The notes below the pieces were generated by a model. That model did not search any database and was not told the DNA's origin. It was given only the letters and a program-made list of their open reading frames with translations. From Nitrospirota bacterium (GTDB taxonomy: Bacteria > Nitrospirota > UBA9217), in contig CAVVUN010000003.1 of the NCBI GenBank assembly GCA_963751455.1, forward strand, positions 374,507 through 438,506: 64,000 nucleotides of DNA, read 5' to 3'. Positions within the stretch are counted from its first letter, which is position 1. Every line of letters starts with the position of its first letter. Below are positions 32,296-42,801 of the stretch, piece after piece. A program made the position numbers and the translations under genes.

Positions 32296-33591
32296 ATGCT
32301 TGATTTGCGGTTGGTAAGGGAGCACGTCGAGGAGGTCAAAGCAGGGCTTGCCCGGCGGGGCATGACCGTCGACTTCACCGAGTTTCTCGCACTTGACGCG
32401 AAACAGCGCGCGGCGCAGCAGGAAATTGAAACACTTCGCCGCAAACGCAATGAAGTTTCCCAGGAAATCGGCCGGCTCAAAAAGGCCGGTCAGCCTGCAG
32501 AGGACAAGGTCGCCGAGATGCGCCGCGTCGGAGATGACATCGCGGCGCTCGAGAGCGGCACCCGTGAGCTGGAAGAAGCGCAGCGTAACCTCCTGCTCAC
32601 GATCCCGAACATCCCGCACGCCTCAGTCCCCATCGGCAAAGATGAGAACGACAATGTAGAGATCAGGCGCTGGTCGCCCCAGGGCGATCAACCCCCTCAG
32701 TTCTCCTTCGAACCGAAACCGCACTGGGACCTTGCAGAATATCTGGACATCATCGATTTCGACCGGGCCGGGAAAATCACCGGGGCCCGTTTTGCTCTTT
32801 ACAAAGGCATGGGCGCCCGACTGGAGCGGGCGCTGATTAATTTCATGCTCGACCTCCACACTACGGAACACGGCTACCTGGAAGTTTTGCCGCCGTTCAT
32901 GGTGAATAAGACCAGCATGACGGCGACAGGTCAGCTTCCAAAGTTTGAAGAAGAACTGTTCAAAGTCGACAATGGCGCCTTCTATCTTATTCCCACGGCG
33001 GAGGTGCCGGTCACCAATATCCACCAGGACGAAATCCTGGCCGAGGAGAGCCTTCCGGTGCTGTACACGGCATATACGCCGTGTTTCAGGCGCGAGGCAG
33101 GATCGTACGGCAAAGACACCAGGGGGCTCATACGGCAGCACCAATTCAATAAGGTCGAGCTTGTAAAGTTTTCGAAGCCTGAAAGCTCGTACGATGAACT
33201 CAAGAAGCTCACCGCGAATGCCGAGGAAGTGCTCAGGCGGCTCGGCCTTCCGTACCGGGTGATCGTGCTGTGCACCGGCGACATAGGTTTTTCTGCAGCG
33301 AAGACGTACGATATCGAAGTCTGGCTGCCGGCGCAGAATCGTTACCGGGAAATATCATCGTGTTCCAATTTCGAGGAATTCCAGGCCCGGCGCGGGAATA
33401 TCCGTTATAAACCGGTTGGCGGGAAAAAGACGGAATTCGTGCATACTCTGAACGGATCCGGACTTGCTGTTGGCCGCACCGTGGTCGCTATCCTTGAGAA
33501 TTATCAGCAGCCCGACGGCAGTATAGTAATACCAGAAGCGCTCAGGAAGTACATGGGAGGGGCGGAGAAAATAACGAAGGGCGCGAGATAG
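32296..33591 (+). CDS. serS: Serine-tRNA ligase
   Basis: [37 protein letters not shown]. Confidence 0.98.
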   Translation: MLDLRLVREHVEEVKAGLARRGMTVDFTEFLALDAKQRAAQQEIETLRRKRNEVSQEIGRLKKAGQPAEDKVAEMRRVGDDIAALESGTRELEEAQRNLLLTIPNIPHASVPIGKDENDNVEIRRWSPQGDQPPQFSFEPKPHWDLAEYLDIIDFDRAGKITGARFALYKGMGARLERALINFMLDLHTTEHGYLEVLPPFMVNKTSMTATGQLPKFEEELFKVDNGAFYLIPTAEVPVTNIHQDEILAEESLPVLYTAYTPCFRREAGSYGKDTRGLIRQHQFNKVELVKFSKPESSYDELKKLTANAEEVLRRLGLPYRVIVLCTGDIGFSAAKTYDIEVWLPAQNRYREISSCSNFEEFQARRGNIRYKPVGGKKTEFVHTLNGSGLAVGRTVVAILENYQQPDGSIVIPEALRKYMGGAEKITKGAR

Positions 33592-33644
33592 AAGGGATGC
33601 AGGAAACAGGATGTCGGATGCATCGTCCATCGAGTTTCTAAACC

Positions 33645-33730
<86 letters not shown>

Positions 33731-33784
33731 TAATCAAAAGAATTGAAAATTGGACAACGTTATAATCAAGTAATGAAGCAACAC

Positions 33785-33874
33785 GGAGAGGTGGCCGAGC
33801 GGCTGAAGGCAGCTGCCTGCTAAGCAGTTGTGGGGGTAACTCCACCCCGGGTTCGAATCCCGGCCTCTCCGCCA
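33785..33874 (+). tRNA. tRNA-Ser(GCT)
   Basis: ct-gct-aa loop, long variable arm, CCA. Confidence 0.95.
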
Positions 33875-34033
33875 TTTTTACCGGATTGAGCTGCTGATCT
33901 CGTCAGCGGTTGAGTAACGATATAAAGTTGCGATGTCGTTGTAGATTTTTTCTCTAAGGGTTTTTTATTTTTGAAGAAAGCATAGTCAAGAATACAAAGC
34001 CGAACAGGCTAATTTCAAGGAGGACATTTTTCA

Positions 34034-34543
34034 ATGAAGAAGACTATTTCAGTGTTGGTTGTACTGGTCTTGGCCTTATCCTTCGGAGCATGCAAAAAGA
34101 AGGAAGAAAAGTCGCAGCTGCCTGGCGGACATCCGGGCGCGCAGGGAAGCATGTCTCCAGGAGCAATGCCGAATGCGCCCAAGGTGCAGCGGACCGTAGT
34201 TGTTTCAAAAGAAGTGGCGTCGAAGTGGAAAGCGGTCAAGCTTGCCGTTGAGAATAAGGCAAGCAAGACAACGAAAGAGTATAGCATCAACATCGGTTCC
34301 GAACTTGCTGTTCCGGGCACAGCCATAAAGGTGAAGATACTTTCGTTCCTGCCGGACTTTAAAATGTCCGACAAGGAATTTTATTCCGCATCGGAAAAGC
34401 CTAACCAGCCCGCGGTGCAAATTGCGGTAACCGAAAGCGGCAAGGAAGTTTTTAACAACTGGTTGTTCTCGATGCAGCCCGGCGTACACCCGTTCCAGCA
34501 TCCGTCAATCGGCCTCGTGCTCCTTGGCGGAGTTTCGAAATAG
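34034..34543 (+). CDS. Lipoprotein (DUF2155-like)
   Basis: Lipobox FGAC; FLPDF...NQPA...WLF...HPFQHP. Confidence 0.7.
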   Translation: MKKTISVLVVLVLALSFGACKKKEEKSQLPGGHPGAQGSMSPGAMPNAPKVQRTVVVSKEVASKWKAVKLAVENKASKTTKEYSINIGSELAVPGTAIKVKILSFLPDFKMSDKEFYSASEKPNQPAVQIAVTESGKEVFNNWLFSMQPGVHPFQHPSIGLVLLGGVSK

Positions 34544-34607
34544 TCCCGGCAAGACAGGGACAGAATTTAACACGGATGCGTATTTTGCATCCGTGTGCTT
34601 TTCCAAT

Positions 34608-34684
34608 GCGCCCATAGCTCAGTTGGATAGAGCGACGGACTACGAATCCGTAGGCCAGAGGTTCGAATCCTCTTGGGCGCACCA
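34608..34684 (+). tRNA. tRNA-Arg(ACG)
   Basis: acgga-ct-acg-aa-tccgt, T-arm, CCA. Confidence 0.95.
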
Positions 34685-34846
34685 GTATTAAAGCACAAAG
34701 AAACGTGCGGGGACAATAAAACGAGTGGTCGGAGAATAGAACCTCTGGCCCAAGGGGCTTCAGGGGAAGGATTCCCCTGAGCTTCGGGGGAGATCCAGAG
34801 GGGGCGAGCCCCCTTCTGGGGAGCCCTTTACGGGCGACGGCTAGAC

Positions 34847-34869
34847 GGTTCGAATCCTCTTGGGCGCAC
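34847..34869 (+). repeat. 23-bp direct repeat of the tRNA-Arg 3' end (att-like)
   Basis: ggttcgaatcctcttgggcgcac, identical to 34660-34682. Confidence 0.85.
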
Positions 34870-34906
34870 GCACCAATTGAACCAATGCGGAATAAGAATT
34901 GCGGAG

Positions 34907-35010
34907 CCTGCGCCCAGCGGTTATGAGACCCTTGATTCCCGTCTCGCGACTGTCAGCGAGATGGTACGACAATGAGTCTAAGTATTGCGCTATGCCGCGA
35001 ATGCAGGGTG
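34907..35010 (+). mobile_element. 104-bp CCTGCAC-family palindromic element (long form)
   Basis: About 80-85% identical by eye to the reverse complement of 61771-61873; interrupts ttgcggag|tgcggaatg. Confidence 0.8.
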
Positions 35011-35016
35011 TGCGGA

Positions 35017-35520
35017 ATGAAAGACAAAACAGAGAATCCAACTCACAGGAGCGACGAGTATTTTATGCGCTTGGCCTTGGCCGAGGCAGAAAAGGCAGCT
35101 GCGCTGGGAGAAACCCCGGTCGGCGCAGTTCTTGTCATCAGCGGTGACGTTATTGCCGCTGCTCATAATATGCGAGAAACGTGGCAGGACCCGACTGCTC
35201 ACGCAGAAATGCTCGTGCTGCGCGAAGCGTCGTTGAAGCTGGGCAGATGGCGCCTCGAAGAGGCCTCTCTCTACGTGACTCTTGAACCGTGCCTTATGTG
35301 CGCAGGCGCACTTGTGCTTGCCAGGATCGACCGGCTTGTTTACGGATGTCGCGACCAGAAGGCAGGAGCGCTTGGCTCGGCCTACGATGTAGTACGAGAT
35401 GGTCGGTTAAACCATACGTACCGGATCACTCCGGGCATCCTCGAAGCGGAATGCCGCGAACTGCTTCAGATTTTTTTCGGGAAGCTGAGGACGAAAAATC
35501 TACTGACAACTCACAACTGA
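35017..35520 (+). CDS. tadA: tRNA adenosine(34) deaminase
   Basis: DPTAHAE, TLEPCLMC. Confidence 0.95.
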   Translation: MKDKTENPTHRSDEYFMRLALAEAEKAAALGETPVGAVLVISGDVIAAAHNMRETWQDPTAHAEMLVLREASLKLGRWRLEEASLYVTLEPCLMCAGALVLARIDRLVYGCRDQKAGALGSAYDVVRDGRLNHTYRITPGILEAECRELLQIFFGKLRTKNLLTTHN

Positions 35521-35591
35521 CAACAGATAGTAAGCCGGCGTTGCAATTATGTGGTAAGATGTCCGTTGCGGGTTATACGTTAAGTAGTTCC

Positions 35592-35681
35592 GGAGAGGTG
35601 GCCGAGCGGCTGAAGGCGGCAGTCTCGAAAACTGTTGTGGGGGTAACTCCACCGGGGGTTCAAATCCCCCCCTCTCCGCCA
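35592..35681 (+). tRNA. tRNA-Ser(CGA)
   Basis: ct-cga-aa loop, long variable arm, CCA. Confidence 0.95.
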
Positions 35682-35827
35682 TAAAAATTGCGGATTTCAC
35701 CCTGCTCTAGCGATAGCGCGGGTACAAGCGGAATGCGGAATTCGGAATAAAAAAAGACAAAACAGATAAACGGGCGGTTGCTGAATTTTCAATCCGCAAT
35801 CCGCAATCAAAAATTCGAAATTGAAAC

Positions 35828-35915
35828 GGAGAGGTGGCCGAGAGGCCGAAGGCGCACGCTTGGAAAGCGTGTTTAGGGTAACCTAACGTGGGTTCGAATC
35901 CCACCCTCTCCGCCA
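35828..35915 (+). tRNA. tRNA-Ser(GGA)
   Basis: tt-gga-aa loop, long variable arm, CCA. Confidence 0.95.
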
Positions 35916-36003
35916 TTAATACAAGAAAGAATTGAAAATTGAAAAATGTAAATTTTAAATTTATAATTTTCAATCTGCAATTTCCAGTTCTTTAAGATTT
36001 CGC

Positions 36004-36116
36004 GCTCATGAGCCCGGGTCCTGCGCAACCGCGGTCCCGTGAACCCCGTCAGGTCCGGAAGGAAGCAGCGGTAAGCGGGTTCCGGGTGTGCCGCAGGGAA
36101 GCCCGGGTTTGTGAGC
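36004..36116 (+). ncRNA. ffs: Small SRP RNA (4.5S)
   Basis: Helix-8 signature gtcaggtccggaaggaagcagc within a long hairpin; upstream of dnaX; ends approximate. Confidence 0.93.
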
Positions 36117-36283
36117 TTTTTTGGTTTATACAAGAGGTTTTTGCCGCAAATGAACGCGAATGTTTGCAGCACAGCATTACTTAAAAAGAGCAATTGGGTA
36201 CGGATGAACGAGGACTGCATTTTATGGCCTTCGTCCATACCACAAATTTCCAATTTGCAGTTGCAGCGGCCGGAGGCCGTGCT

Positions 36284-37945
36284 ATGAGTTACCAGGTGCT
36301 TGCCAGAAAATGGCGACCGCAGATTTTTGACGATGTGGTCGGCCAGGCGCATATAACGCGCACCCTGCAGAATGCAATTGAGTCGGGCAGGCTGGCTCAC
36401 GCGTTCCTGTTTTCAGGACCGCGGGGTGTGGGCAAGACCACGACGGCCCGTATCCTGGCCAAAGCGCTCAACTGTTCAACCGGACCGACGCCGACCCCGT
36501 GCGGAAAATGCGATTCATGCCGGGAGACCGCAGCCGGCACTTCCGTGGATGTGATCGAAATCGACGGCGCATCGAACCGCGGTATCGAGCATATCCGCGA
36601 GTTGCGCGAAGCCGTGAAATACGCCCCGGCGGGCGGCAAGTACAAAATTTATGTAATTGACGAAGTACACATGCTTACGAACGAGGCGTTTAATGCCCTG
36701 CTCAAGACCCTTGAAGAGCCGCCGCCGCATGTGATCTTCATATTTGCCACAACCGAACCGCAGAAGATCCCCGCTACCATTCACTCCCGGTGTCAGCGTT
36801 ACGGATTCAAGCGCATTCCGCTCAAGGAAATCATAGACCGGCTTCGCAGGATTGCCGATGCCGAATCCATACAAATCAGCGACCAGGGACTGGCCATGAT
36901 CGCACGCGCGGCCGAAGGCAGCATGCGTGATTCGCAAAGCCTTCTGGACCAGGCCGTGTCATACAGCGGCATGCAGATCAAGGACAGCGACCTTCAAGCC
37001 ACCCTCGGCACCGTTGCACAGGAAGCGCTTTCGAAATTCACGGAGGCGCTGTTGAACCGTAATGCCGGCGAACTGATCAGTTTCGTGGACGGCCTTCTCG
37101 AGCAGGGCCACGACATGCGACAGTTTCTCTCCGGTGTTGTAGAGCATCTTCGGAACCTTCTGATCGTGAAGACCGCTCAGGAGCCGGCGGAAATCCTCGA
37201 GCTGCCGGCTGCAGATATTGAAGCTATCAAGCTGCAGGCCGGGAGCGCCGAGACTTCACAAGTACTCATGCTCTTCGACAGTCTGTCAAAAACACTGGAC
37301 GACATGAAATGGTCGCCTCATCAGCGGTTTACCCTTGAAATCGGCCTGATCAAAGCATGCAATCTTCCGCCCCTCAAGCCGCTTGCCGAAGTATTGGATC
37401 ATATGAAAGAGCTTGAAGCGCGGCTCGTTACAGGGCAGATATGCACGCCTGGAGCCGCGACCAGGATAAACGAGCGGACCGAATCGTATGCCACGGTTGC
37501 GAAACCGTCGGCGCCATCGCCTCAGCCGGTTATTCCAGCCGGTGGCGGGGAGCAGGGCGACGTATGGAATAGGGTCATGACGGAACTGAAAGCGAAAAAA
37601 CCCGGCATCTTTTCCGCTCTATGCCAGAGCAGGATTGTAAGCCTAACGGACAACGAACTCGTTATCGGAGTTCAAGGCAGCGCTTTTCAGATAGGAAAGG
37701 TTGAGGATCAGGAAAGCCGCAGCATTATTGAGCTTATCGCCCAGAACATCCTGAACCGGAAAGTCCGGCTCAAGGTCCAGGCGCTTGCGCAGGAGGTGAA
37801 GGCCTCGCCCAAGGCAAAGGCGCAGGCGCAGGCGCAGGCGCAGGCGCAGGAAAAAAATAAACCCAGGGAGCAGGACGCTCTCGTTCAGGACGCTCTCCGA
37901 ATTTTCGGAGGAGAAGTAATCGAGCAGGACAAGCCCGAAGACTAA
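36284..37945 (+). CDS. dnaX: DNA polymerase III gamma/tau
   Basis: MSYQVLARKWRP, GPRGVGKT, DEVHML, SRC; SD ggagg. Confidence 0.97.
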   Translation: MSYQVLARKWRPQIFDDVVGQAHITRTLQNAIESGRLAHAFLFSGPRGVGKTTTARILAKALNCSTGPTPTPCGKCDSCRETAAGTSVDVIEIDGASNRGIEHIRELREAVKYAPAGGKYKIYVIDEVHMLTNEAFNALLKTLEEPPPHVIFIFATTEPQKIPATIHSRCQRYGFKRIPLKEIIDRLRRIADAESIQISDQGLAMIARAAEGSMRDSQSLLDQAVSYSGMQIKDSDLQATLGTVAQEALSKFTEALLNRNAGELISFVDGLLEQGHDMRQFLSGVVEHLRNLLIVKTAQEPAEILELPAADIEAIKLQAGSAETSQVLMLFDSLSKTLDDMKWSPHQRFTLEIGLIKACNLPPLKPLAEVLDHMKELEARLVTGQICTPGAATRINERTESYATVAKPSAPSPQPVIPAGGGEQGDVWNRVMTELKAKKPGIFSALCQSRIVSLTDNELVIGVQGSAFQIGKVEDQESRSIIELIAQNILNRKVRLKVQALAQEVKASPKAKAQAQAQAQAQEKNKPREQDALVQDALRIFGGEVIEQDKPED

Positions 37946-38084
37946 TGTGCCCCGCTACAGAGAGTGAACATTTAAATTTCTTATATAGTGATAAACTTGT
38001 TTTTTGTTGCAAAACCCCAAAATATCTTTTATTATGGAAATTCCATCAGGAATTATGGACGGCTCACATTGTTAAAGGTGCTCA

Positions 38085-38405
38085 ATGTCTAAAAATATTA
38101 TCAGCAATTTGATGAAACAAGCCCAGCAGATGCAGGAGCGGGTAAAGAAGCTTCAGGAAGAGGCAGCCGGCAAGACCGTAGAGGCATCGTCCGGCGGCGG
38201 CATGGTTACCGTTGTTGCAAACGGCAGGCAGGAAGTGGTTTCGATCAAGATCGACGCTTCTGTTGTAGATCCAAAGGACGTCGAGATGCTGCAAGACCTG
38301 GTTACCGCGGCCGTAAATGAGGCCCTCAGGAAATCACAGGATCTCATGAAAGAAGAGATGGCCCGGCTTACCGCCGGCATGGGTATTCCTCCAGGGCTTA
38401 TATAA
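38085..38405 (+). CDS. ybaB: YbaB/EbfC nucleoid-associated protein
   Basis: MKQAQQMQ, SGGGMVTV, MLQDLVTAAVNEA; position between dnaX and recR. Confidence 0.93.
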   Translation: MSKNIISNLMKQAQQMQERVKKLQEEAAGKTVEASSGGGMVTVVANGRQEVVSIKIDASVVDPKDVEMLQDLVTAAVNEALRKSQDLMKEEMARLTAGMGIPPGLI

Positions 38406-38507
38406 TAATTGCACGATTACGGGATGCGGAATGAACATCGACTTCGCACTTGACGCCGCAGTTCGAACTTGAACAGGGAGCGCGTCGGTCAGGACAGGAC
38501 GGCGGCG

Positions 38508-39176
38508 GTGAAAGAACAAGACAGAAGTCAACCGCCTGCAGGCGCGAAGCGGCACGCTAAAGCGGCCGCTCAAGCCGCCCAGGTCTCAGGCAAGACTCTC
38601 GCCAGGATGGTCGAGGCCTTCATGAGGTTTCCCGGCATAGGCAAAAAAAGCGCAGAGCGGCTCTCCTTTGCGGTGCTCGGCATGACAAGGGAAGACGCGG
38701 CCGGGATTGCCCAGGCGATTCTCGATCTTAAGAACAATACCCGCTACTGTTCGGTATGCAACAATATTACCGAAGATGAAGTATGCAGCATCTGCAGGGA
38801 CGTTACACGAGACACATCCCGGCTCTGTGTTGTTGAAGAGCCGAGCAACATCCTTATTCTCGAAAAGACCGGCATATTCAGGGGCCGTTACCATGCGCTT
38901 CTTGGCGCACTATCCCCGCTCGACGGCATAGGGCCCGAGGACTTGAAGATCGAAGGCCTGATGGAGCGGATCCGGACGGGCGGGATCAAAGAAGTAATCA
39001 TCGCGACGAACCCCACCGTAAAGGGCGAAACCACGGCCCTCTATCTTTTAAAGATGATCAAGCCGTTCGGCGTCACGGTAAGCCGTATTGCCTACGGCCT
39101 CCCGGTTGGCGGAGATATCGAGTACGCCGACGAGAACACGGTCCAGCGGGCGCTCGAAGGCAGAAGAGAAATGTAA
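38508..39176 (+). CDS. recR: Recombination protein RecR (start uncertain)
   Basis: PGIGKKSAERL, C4 zinc finger, Toprim VVEE, ATNPTVKGETTA. Confidence 0.95.
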   Translation: MKEQDRSQPPAGAKRHAKAAAQAAQVSGKTLARMVEAFMRFPGIGKKSAERLSFAVLGMTREDAAGIAQAILDLKNNTRYCSVCNNITEDEVCSICRDVTRDTSRLCVVEEPSNILILEKTGIFRGRYHALLGALSPLDGIGPEDLKIEGLMERIRTGGIKEVIIATNPTVKGETTALYLLKMIKPFGVTVSRIAYGLPVGGDIEYADENTVQRALEGRREM

Positions 39177-39184
39177 AACAATTT

Positions 39185-39352
39185 GTAACTACTCAGGTCA
39201 TTTTTTTATCCGCAGATTACGCAGATTTCGCAGATAAAAACAAAACCAGAATTCCGGTTTTAGAATCTGCGTCAATCTGCGAAATCTGCGGATAGAAGGG
39301 CTTTTTCTTAGATTTGTCTTAATGCTGTTCTGAAAAGAAGCTGAATGGTTAC
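39185..39352. mobile_element. 168-bp MITE with 12-bp TIRs and 8-bp TSD
   Basis: GTAACTACTCAG...CTGAATGGTTAC flanked by aacaattt at 39177-84 and 39353-60; carries a cgcagat inverted array. Confidence 0.85.
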
Positions 39353-39497
39353 AACAATTTTATTTGCAAATTGGAAAATTCAAGAGTTAAAATTGCAAAT
39401 TTTTGGTGTGCCTTCGGCACAACATAACGTAAATCAATTTCCATTTTGAAATTTGCATTTTGCAATTTTCAATAATCAGTGTTCTCGGAGGTTTGTT

Positions 39498-40073
39498 ATG
39501 GCAGAAATGATAGAAATCAGGTGGCACGGCAGAGGCGGCCAGGGCACGGTAACTGCGGCCAAGGTGCTTGCGGATGCATGTCTTTCGGGCGGCCGCCAGG
39601 TGCAGGCCTTCCCGGAATACGGGCCCGAGCGGGCCGGAGCGCCGCTTCGCGCATACAACAGGATCAGCGAGAAGGTACTGCGCATGCACTGTCCGGTTCT
39701 GAATCCGGGCGTGGTTGCCGTAGTCGACGCCTCGCTCCTGGACGCGATCAACGTTGCCGAGGGCGCGAAAGACGATGCCGTTTTCGTCGTGAACACCAGC
39801 AAGGACCCGCAGGAGGTGAGGGCGAAGTTAAAGGCGAAGCCCTCGCAGAAGGTGTTTACGGTCGATGCCAGCAAAATCGCAGTAGAAACAATCGGCCGGG
39901 CCATGCCGAACGCATCCATGCTCGGTGCCGTCAACAAGGCGACCGGAATCGTAAGCATGGAAGTGCTGCTCGATGATGTTAAGGGAAGCTTCGGCAAGAA
40001 GTTTGTCCAAAAAATCATCGACGGGAATCTCGCGGCTGTCAAACGCGGGTACGAGGAGGTAAAGCAGGGATGA
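39498..40073 (+). CDS. porC: Pyruvate:ferredoxin oxidoreductase gamma
   Basis: EIRWHGRGGQG, YGPERAGAP. Confidence 0.9.
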   Translation: MAEMIEIRWHGRGGQGTVTAAKVLADACLSGGRQVQAFPEYGPERAGAPLRAYNRISEKVLRMHCPVLNPGVVAVVDASLLDAINVAEGAKDDAVFVVNTSKDPQEVRAKLKAKPSQKVFTVDASKIAVETIGRAMPNASMLGAVNKATGIVSMEVLLDDVKGSFGKKFVQKIIDGNLAAVKRGYEEVKQG

Positions 40074-40363
40074 AACAGATGAACTGGAAAGAACTGCCGC
40101 ATGCAGGCACCGTATTGAAGGCCGGCAACGCGCATGACTATAAAACCGGATCGTGGCGGTCATCCAAGCCGCGCTGGATCGAGGAGAACTGCATTCAATG
40201 CATGTTCTGCTGGATTTATTGTCCGGATTCAGCCGTAAAGGTAAAAGATGAAAAAATGACAGGGTTCGATTACGACCACTGCAAGGGCTGCGGTGTGTGC
40301 GCCATGGAATGCCCGGGCAAGAAGGGCAACAAGGCGATTGTGATGGAAGAGGAGGGCAAATAA
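40070..40363 (+). CDS. porD: Pyruvate:ferredoxin oxidoreductase delta
   Basis: KTGSWR, two CxxCxxCxxxCP motifs. Confidence 0.9.
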   Translation: MKQMNWKELPHAGTVLKAGNAHDYKTGSWRSSKPRWIEENCIQCMFCWIYCPDSAVKVKDEKMTGFDYDHCKGCGVCAMECPGKKGNKAIVMEEEGK

Positions 40364-40364
40364 C

Positions 40365-41555
40365 ATGGCTGCTACTGCAACGAAGATCAAAGCGGTCACC
40401 GGTAACCAGGCGGTTGCCGAGGCGCTCCGCCAGCTGAATCCCGATGTCATGCCGGCGTACCCCATTACACCGTCGACCGACATCATGCAGCGCTACACCG
40501 AGTTCGTATCAAACGGCAAGGTGGACACCGAAATTATTCTCGTTGAAAGCGAGCACAGCGCGATGAGCGCGGCCATCGGGGCTGCGGCCGCGGGGGGCAG
40601 GGTCGCGACCGCGACTAGTTCCCAGGGCATGGCGCTCATGTGGGAAATGCTCCATATCGCATCGGGATACCGGCTGCCGATTCTGATGGCGCTTGTAAAC
40701 AGGGCGCTTTCCGCGCCGCTCAATATCCACGGTGACCATTCGGACGGCATGGGAATGCGCGACTGCAGCTGGATACAGCTTTTTTCGGAAAGCGCCCAGG
40801 AAGCGTATGACAACACGATTATGGCATATCGCATCGCAGAGCACAAAGACGTGCGGCTCCCGATCGCGGTCAACATGGACGGTTTCATTATCAGCCATTC
40901 AATCGAGAGCATGCAGTTCATGACCGATGACGACGTTAAGAAGTTCGTCGGCGACTATCTTGCAGTTGACCCCCTACTCGATCTCGATAATCCAAAGAGC
41001 ATCGGCGCACTGGTGCTCCCCGATTATTATATGGAACACAAGCGTGCGCAGCATGAGGCAATGCAGAACGTAAAGAAAGTCGTCCAGGAAGTATCCGCTG
41101 AATTCGCCAAACTGACCGGCCGGAAATACGAACTGTTCGAATCCTACCGGCTGGATGATGCCGATGTGGTACTCGTTGCGCTTAACTCCGCAGCCGGCAC
41201 AATTAAGGACGAGATCGACCATTACCGGGAGAAAGGCGTGAAGGCAGGGCTGCTGAAGCCGAGGATGTTCAGGCCGTTCCCGTATGAAGAAGTCGGGGCC
41301 GCTCTCCGGAATGCAAAGGCTGTATGTGTCATGGATCGCGCGGATTCATACGGCGGATACGGACCGCTTTTCATGGAAATTGCCTCGGCCCTCTATGCTC
41401 ATCGCCAGGGCCCGGTTCTGTTTAACAAGATCTACGGCCTCGGAGGCAGGGACCTTATGCCGCATGACGTGGACAAGGTGATTGACGAAACCGTGGAGGT
41501 AGCGAAAACCGGAAAACTCAAGCTGGCGAAGGAATATATCACGGTCAGAAACTGA
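40365..41555 (+). CDS. porA: Pyruvate:ferredoxin oxidoreductase alpha
   Basis: YPITPST, VESEHSAMS, ATSSQG, NRALSAPLNIHGDHSD. Confidence 0.92.
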   Translation: MAATATKIKAVTGNQAVAEALRQLNPDVMPAYPITPSTDIMQRYTEFVSNGKVDTEIILVESEHSAMSAAIGAAAAGGRVATATSSQGMALMWEMLHIASGYRLPILMALVNRALSAPLNIHGDHSDGMGMRDCSWIQLFSESAQEAYDNTIMAYRIAEHKDVRLPIAVNMDGFIISHSIESMQFMTDDDVKKFVGDYLAVDPLLDLDNPKSIGALVLPDYYMEHKRAQHEAMQNVKKVVQEVSAEFAKLTGRKYELFESYRLDDADVVLVALNSAAGTIKDEIDHYREKGVKAGLLKPRMFRPFPYEEVGAALRNAKAVCVMDRADSYGGYGPLFMEIASALYAHRQGPVLFNKIYGLGGRDLMPHDVDKVIDETVEVAKTGKLKLAKEYITVRN

Positions 41556-41630
41556 TCGTATTGAAAATTGGAAATTGCGAATTTGAATTTTTGAATTTTC
41601 AATCTTCAATTTACAATTAAGGAGATACTA

Positions 41631-42587
41631 ATGAGTACACCGACACAGGAAAAACCCCTGACTTTAAAATCCCTGACGCACAAGCAGGAGCTGCTTACAG
41701 GCGGCCATCGGATGTGCGCAGGATGCGGCGCTCCGACGATTGTTCGCCAGGTGCTGTTGGCTATCGATGAGCCGGTTGTGATCGCAAACGCGACAGGCTG
41801 CCTCGAAGTCTCGACCTGCCTGTTTCCGTACACGGCTTGGCGGGTGCCTTGGATGCACAGCGCTTTCGAGAACGCTGCCGCCACTGCTTCCGGCATTGAA
41901 GCAATGTACCGGGCGCTCAGAAAAAAAGGCAAGATCAAGAAAAACGTTAAATTTATCGCTTTCGGCGGCGACGGAGGCACCTATGACATCGGATTCCAGG
42001 CCCTTTCCGGCGCCATGGAACGAGGCAATCAGCTTCTATATATCTGTTATGATAACGGCGCGTATATGAACACAGGCATCCAGCGCTCAAGCGCCACGCC
42101 GTTCGGTGCGGACACGACCACCCAGCCGGTAGGTTCGAAAGTGGCGGGCAAGACCCAGCGCCGCAAGGACCTCACCCGGATCATGGCCGCCCATAACGTT
42201 TCCTACGCTGCACAGGCTTCGCCGCACAACTGGAAAGACCTGATGATCAAGGTCAAAAAGGCGCTGGCCACGAACGGCCCGGCGTATATGGGGATTATTT
42301 CTCCGTGCAACCGCGGCTGGAGAACACAGACGAACGATTCGATCCAACTTTCAAAGCTGTCCGTCGAAACCTGCTACTGGCCGCTCTATGAAGTGGAAAA
42401 CGGAAAATGGACCATCAACTTCGATCCCAAGGACAAGAAGAAGGCGGTTGCTGAATGGCTCAAGCCCCAGGGAAGATTCAAGCATCTATTCGCTCCAGGC
42501 AACGAAGCGGTGCTTGAGCAGTTTCAGAGACTCGTTGATGAGGACTGGGAAAGTCTGAAGAAGCTTCAAGAGATGTCGAAAGGTTAA
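41631..42587 (+). CDS. porB: Pyruvate:ferredoxin oxidoreductase beta
   Basis: CAGCG, TGCLEV, GGDGG...DNGAYMNTGIQ. Confidence 0.92.
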   Translation: MSTPTQEKPLTLKSLTHKQELLTGGHRMCAGCGAPTIVRQVLLAIDEPVVIANATGCLEVSTCLFPYTAWRVPWMHSAFENAAATASGIEAMYRALRKKGKIKKNVKFIAFGGDGGTYDIGFQALSGAMERGNQLLYICYDNGAYMNTGIQRSSATPFGADTTTQPVGSKVAGKTQRRKDLTRIMAAHNVSYAAQASPHNWKDLMIKVKKALATNGPAYMGIISPCNRGWRTQTNDSIQLSKLSVETCYWPLYEVENGKWTINFDPKDKKKAVAEWLKPQGRFKHLFAPGNEAVLEQFQRLVDEDWESLKKLQEMSKG

Positions 42588-42801
42588 TGACAACTTTCTT
42601 GTCAGGAACAAGTTCATAGCCGGGTGAAATTTGCCCGGCTATTTTTCTTGAAACGATGCGCCAAAAATGAGCTTGAAATATATCGTTTTCTGTGGTTTAA
42701 TACGCTTGAACCGTGTTTCAACAGGAGAACGGCGCACAGTGGTTTTGGAGTGAGTGCATTCCCACAGCGTGCTGCGGGAAGCCTCCACAAGGAGATGTAT
42801 A

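Noticed and set aside
37850-37860. Programmed -1 frameshift in dnaX at GAAAAAAATAA
   Set aside because: Only about 28 codons from the end, with no clear stimulatory hairpin; would not yield a typical gamma subunit
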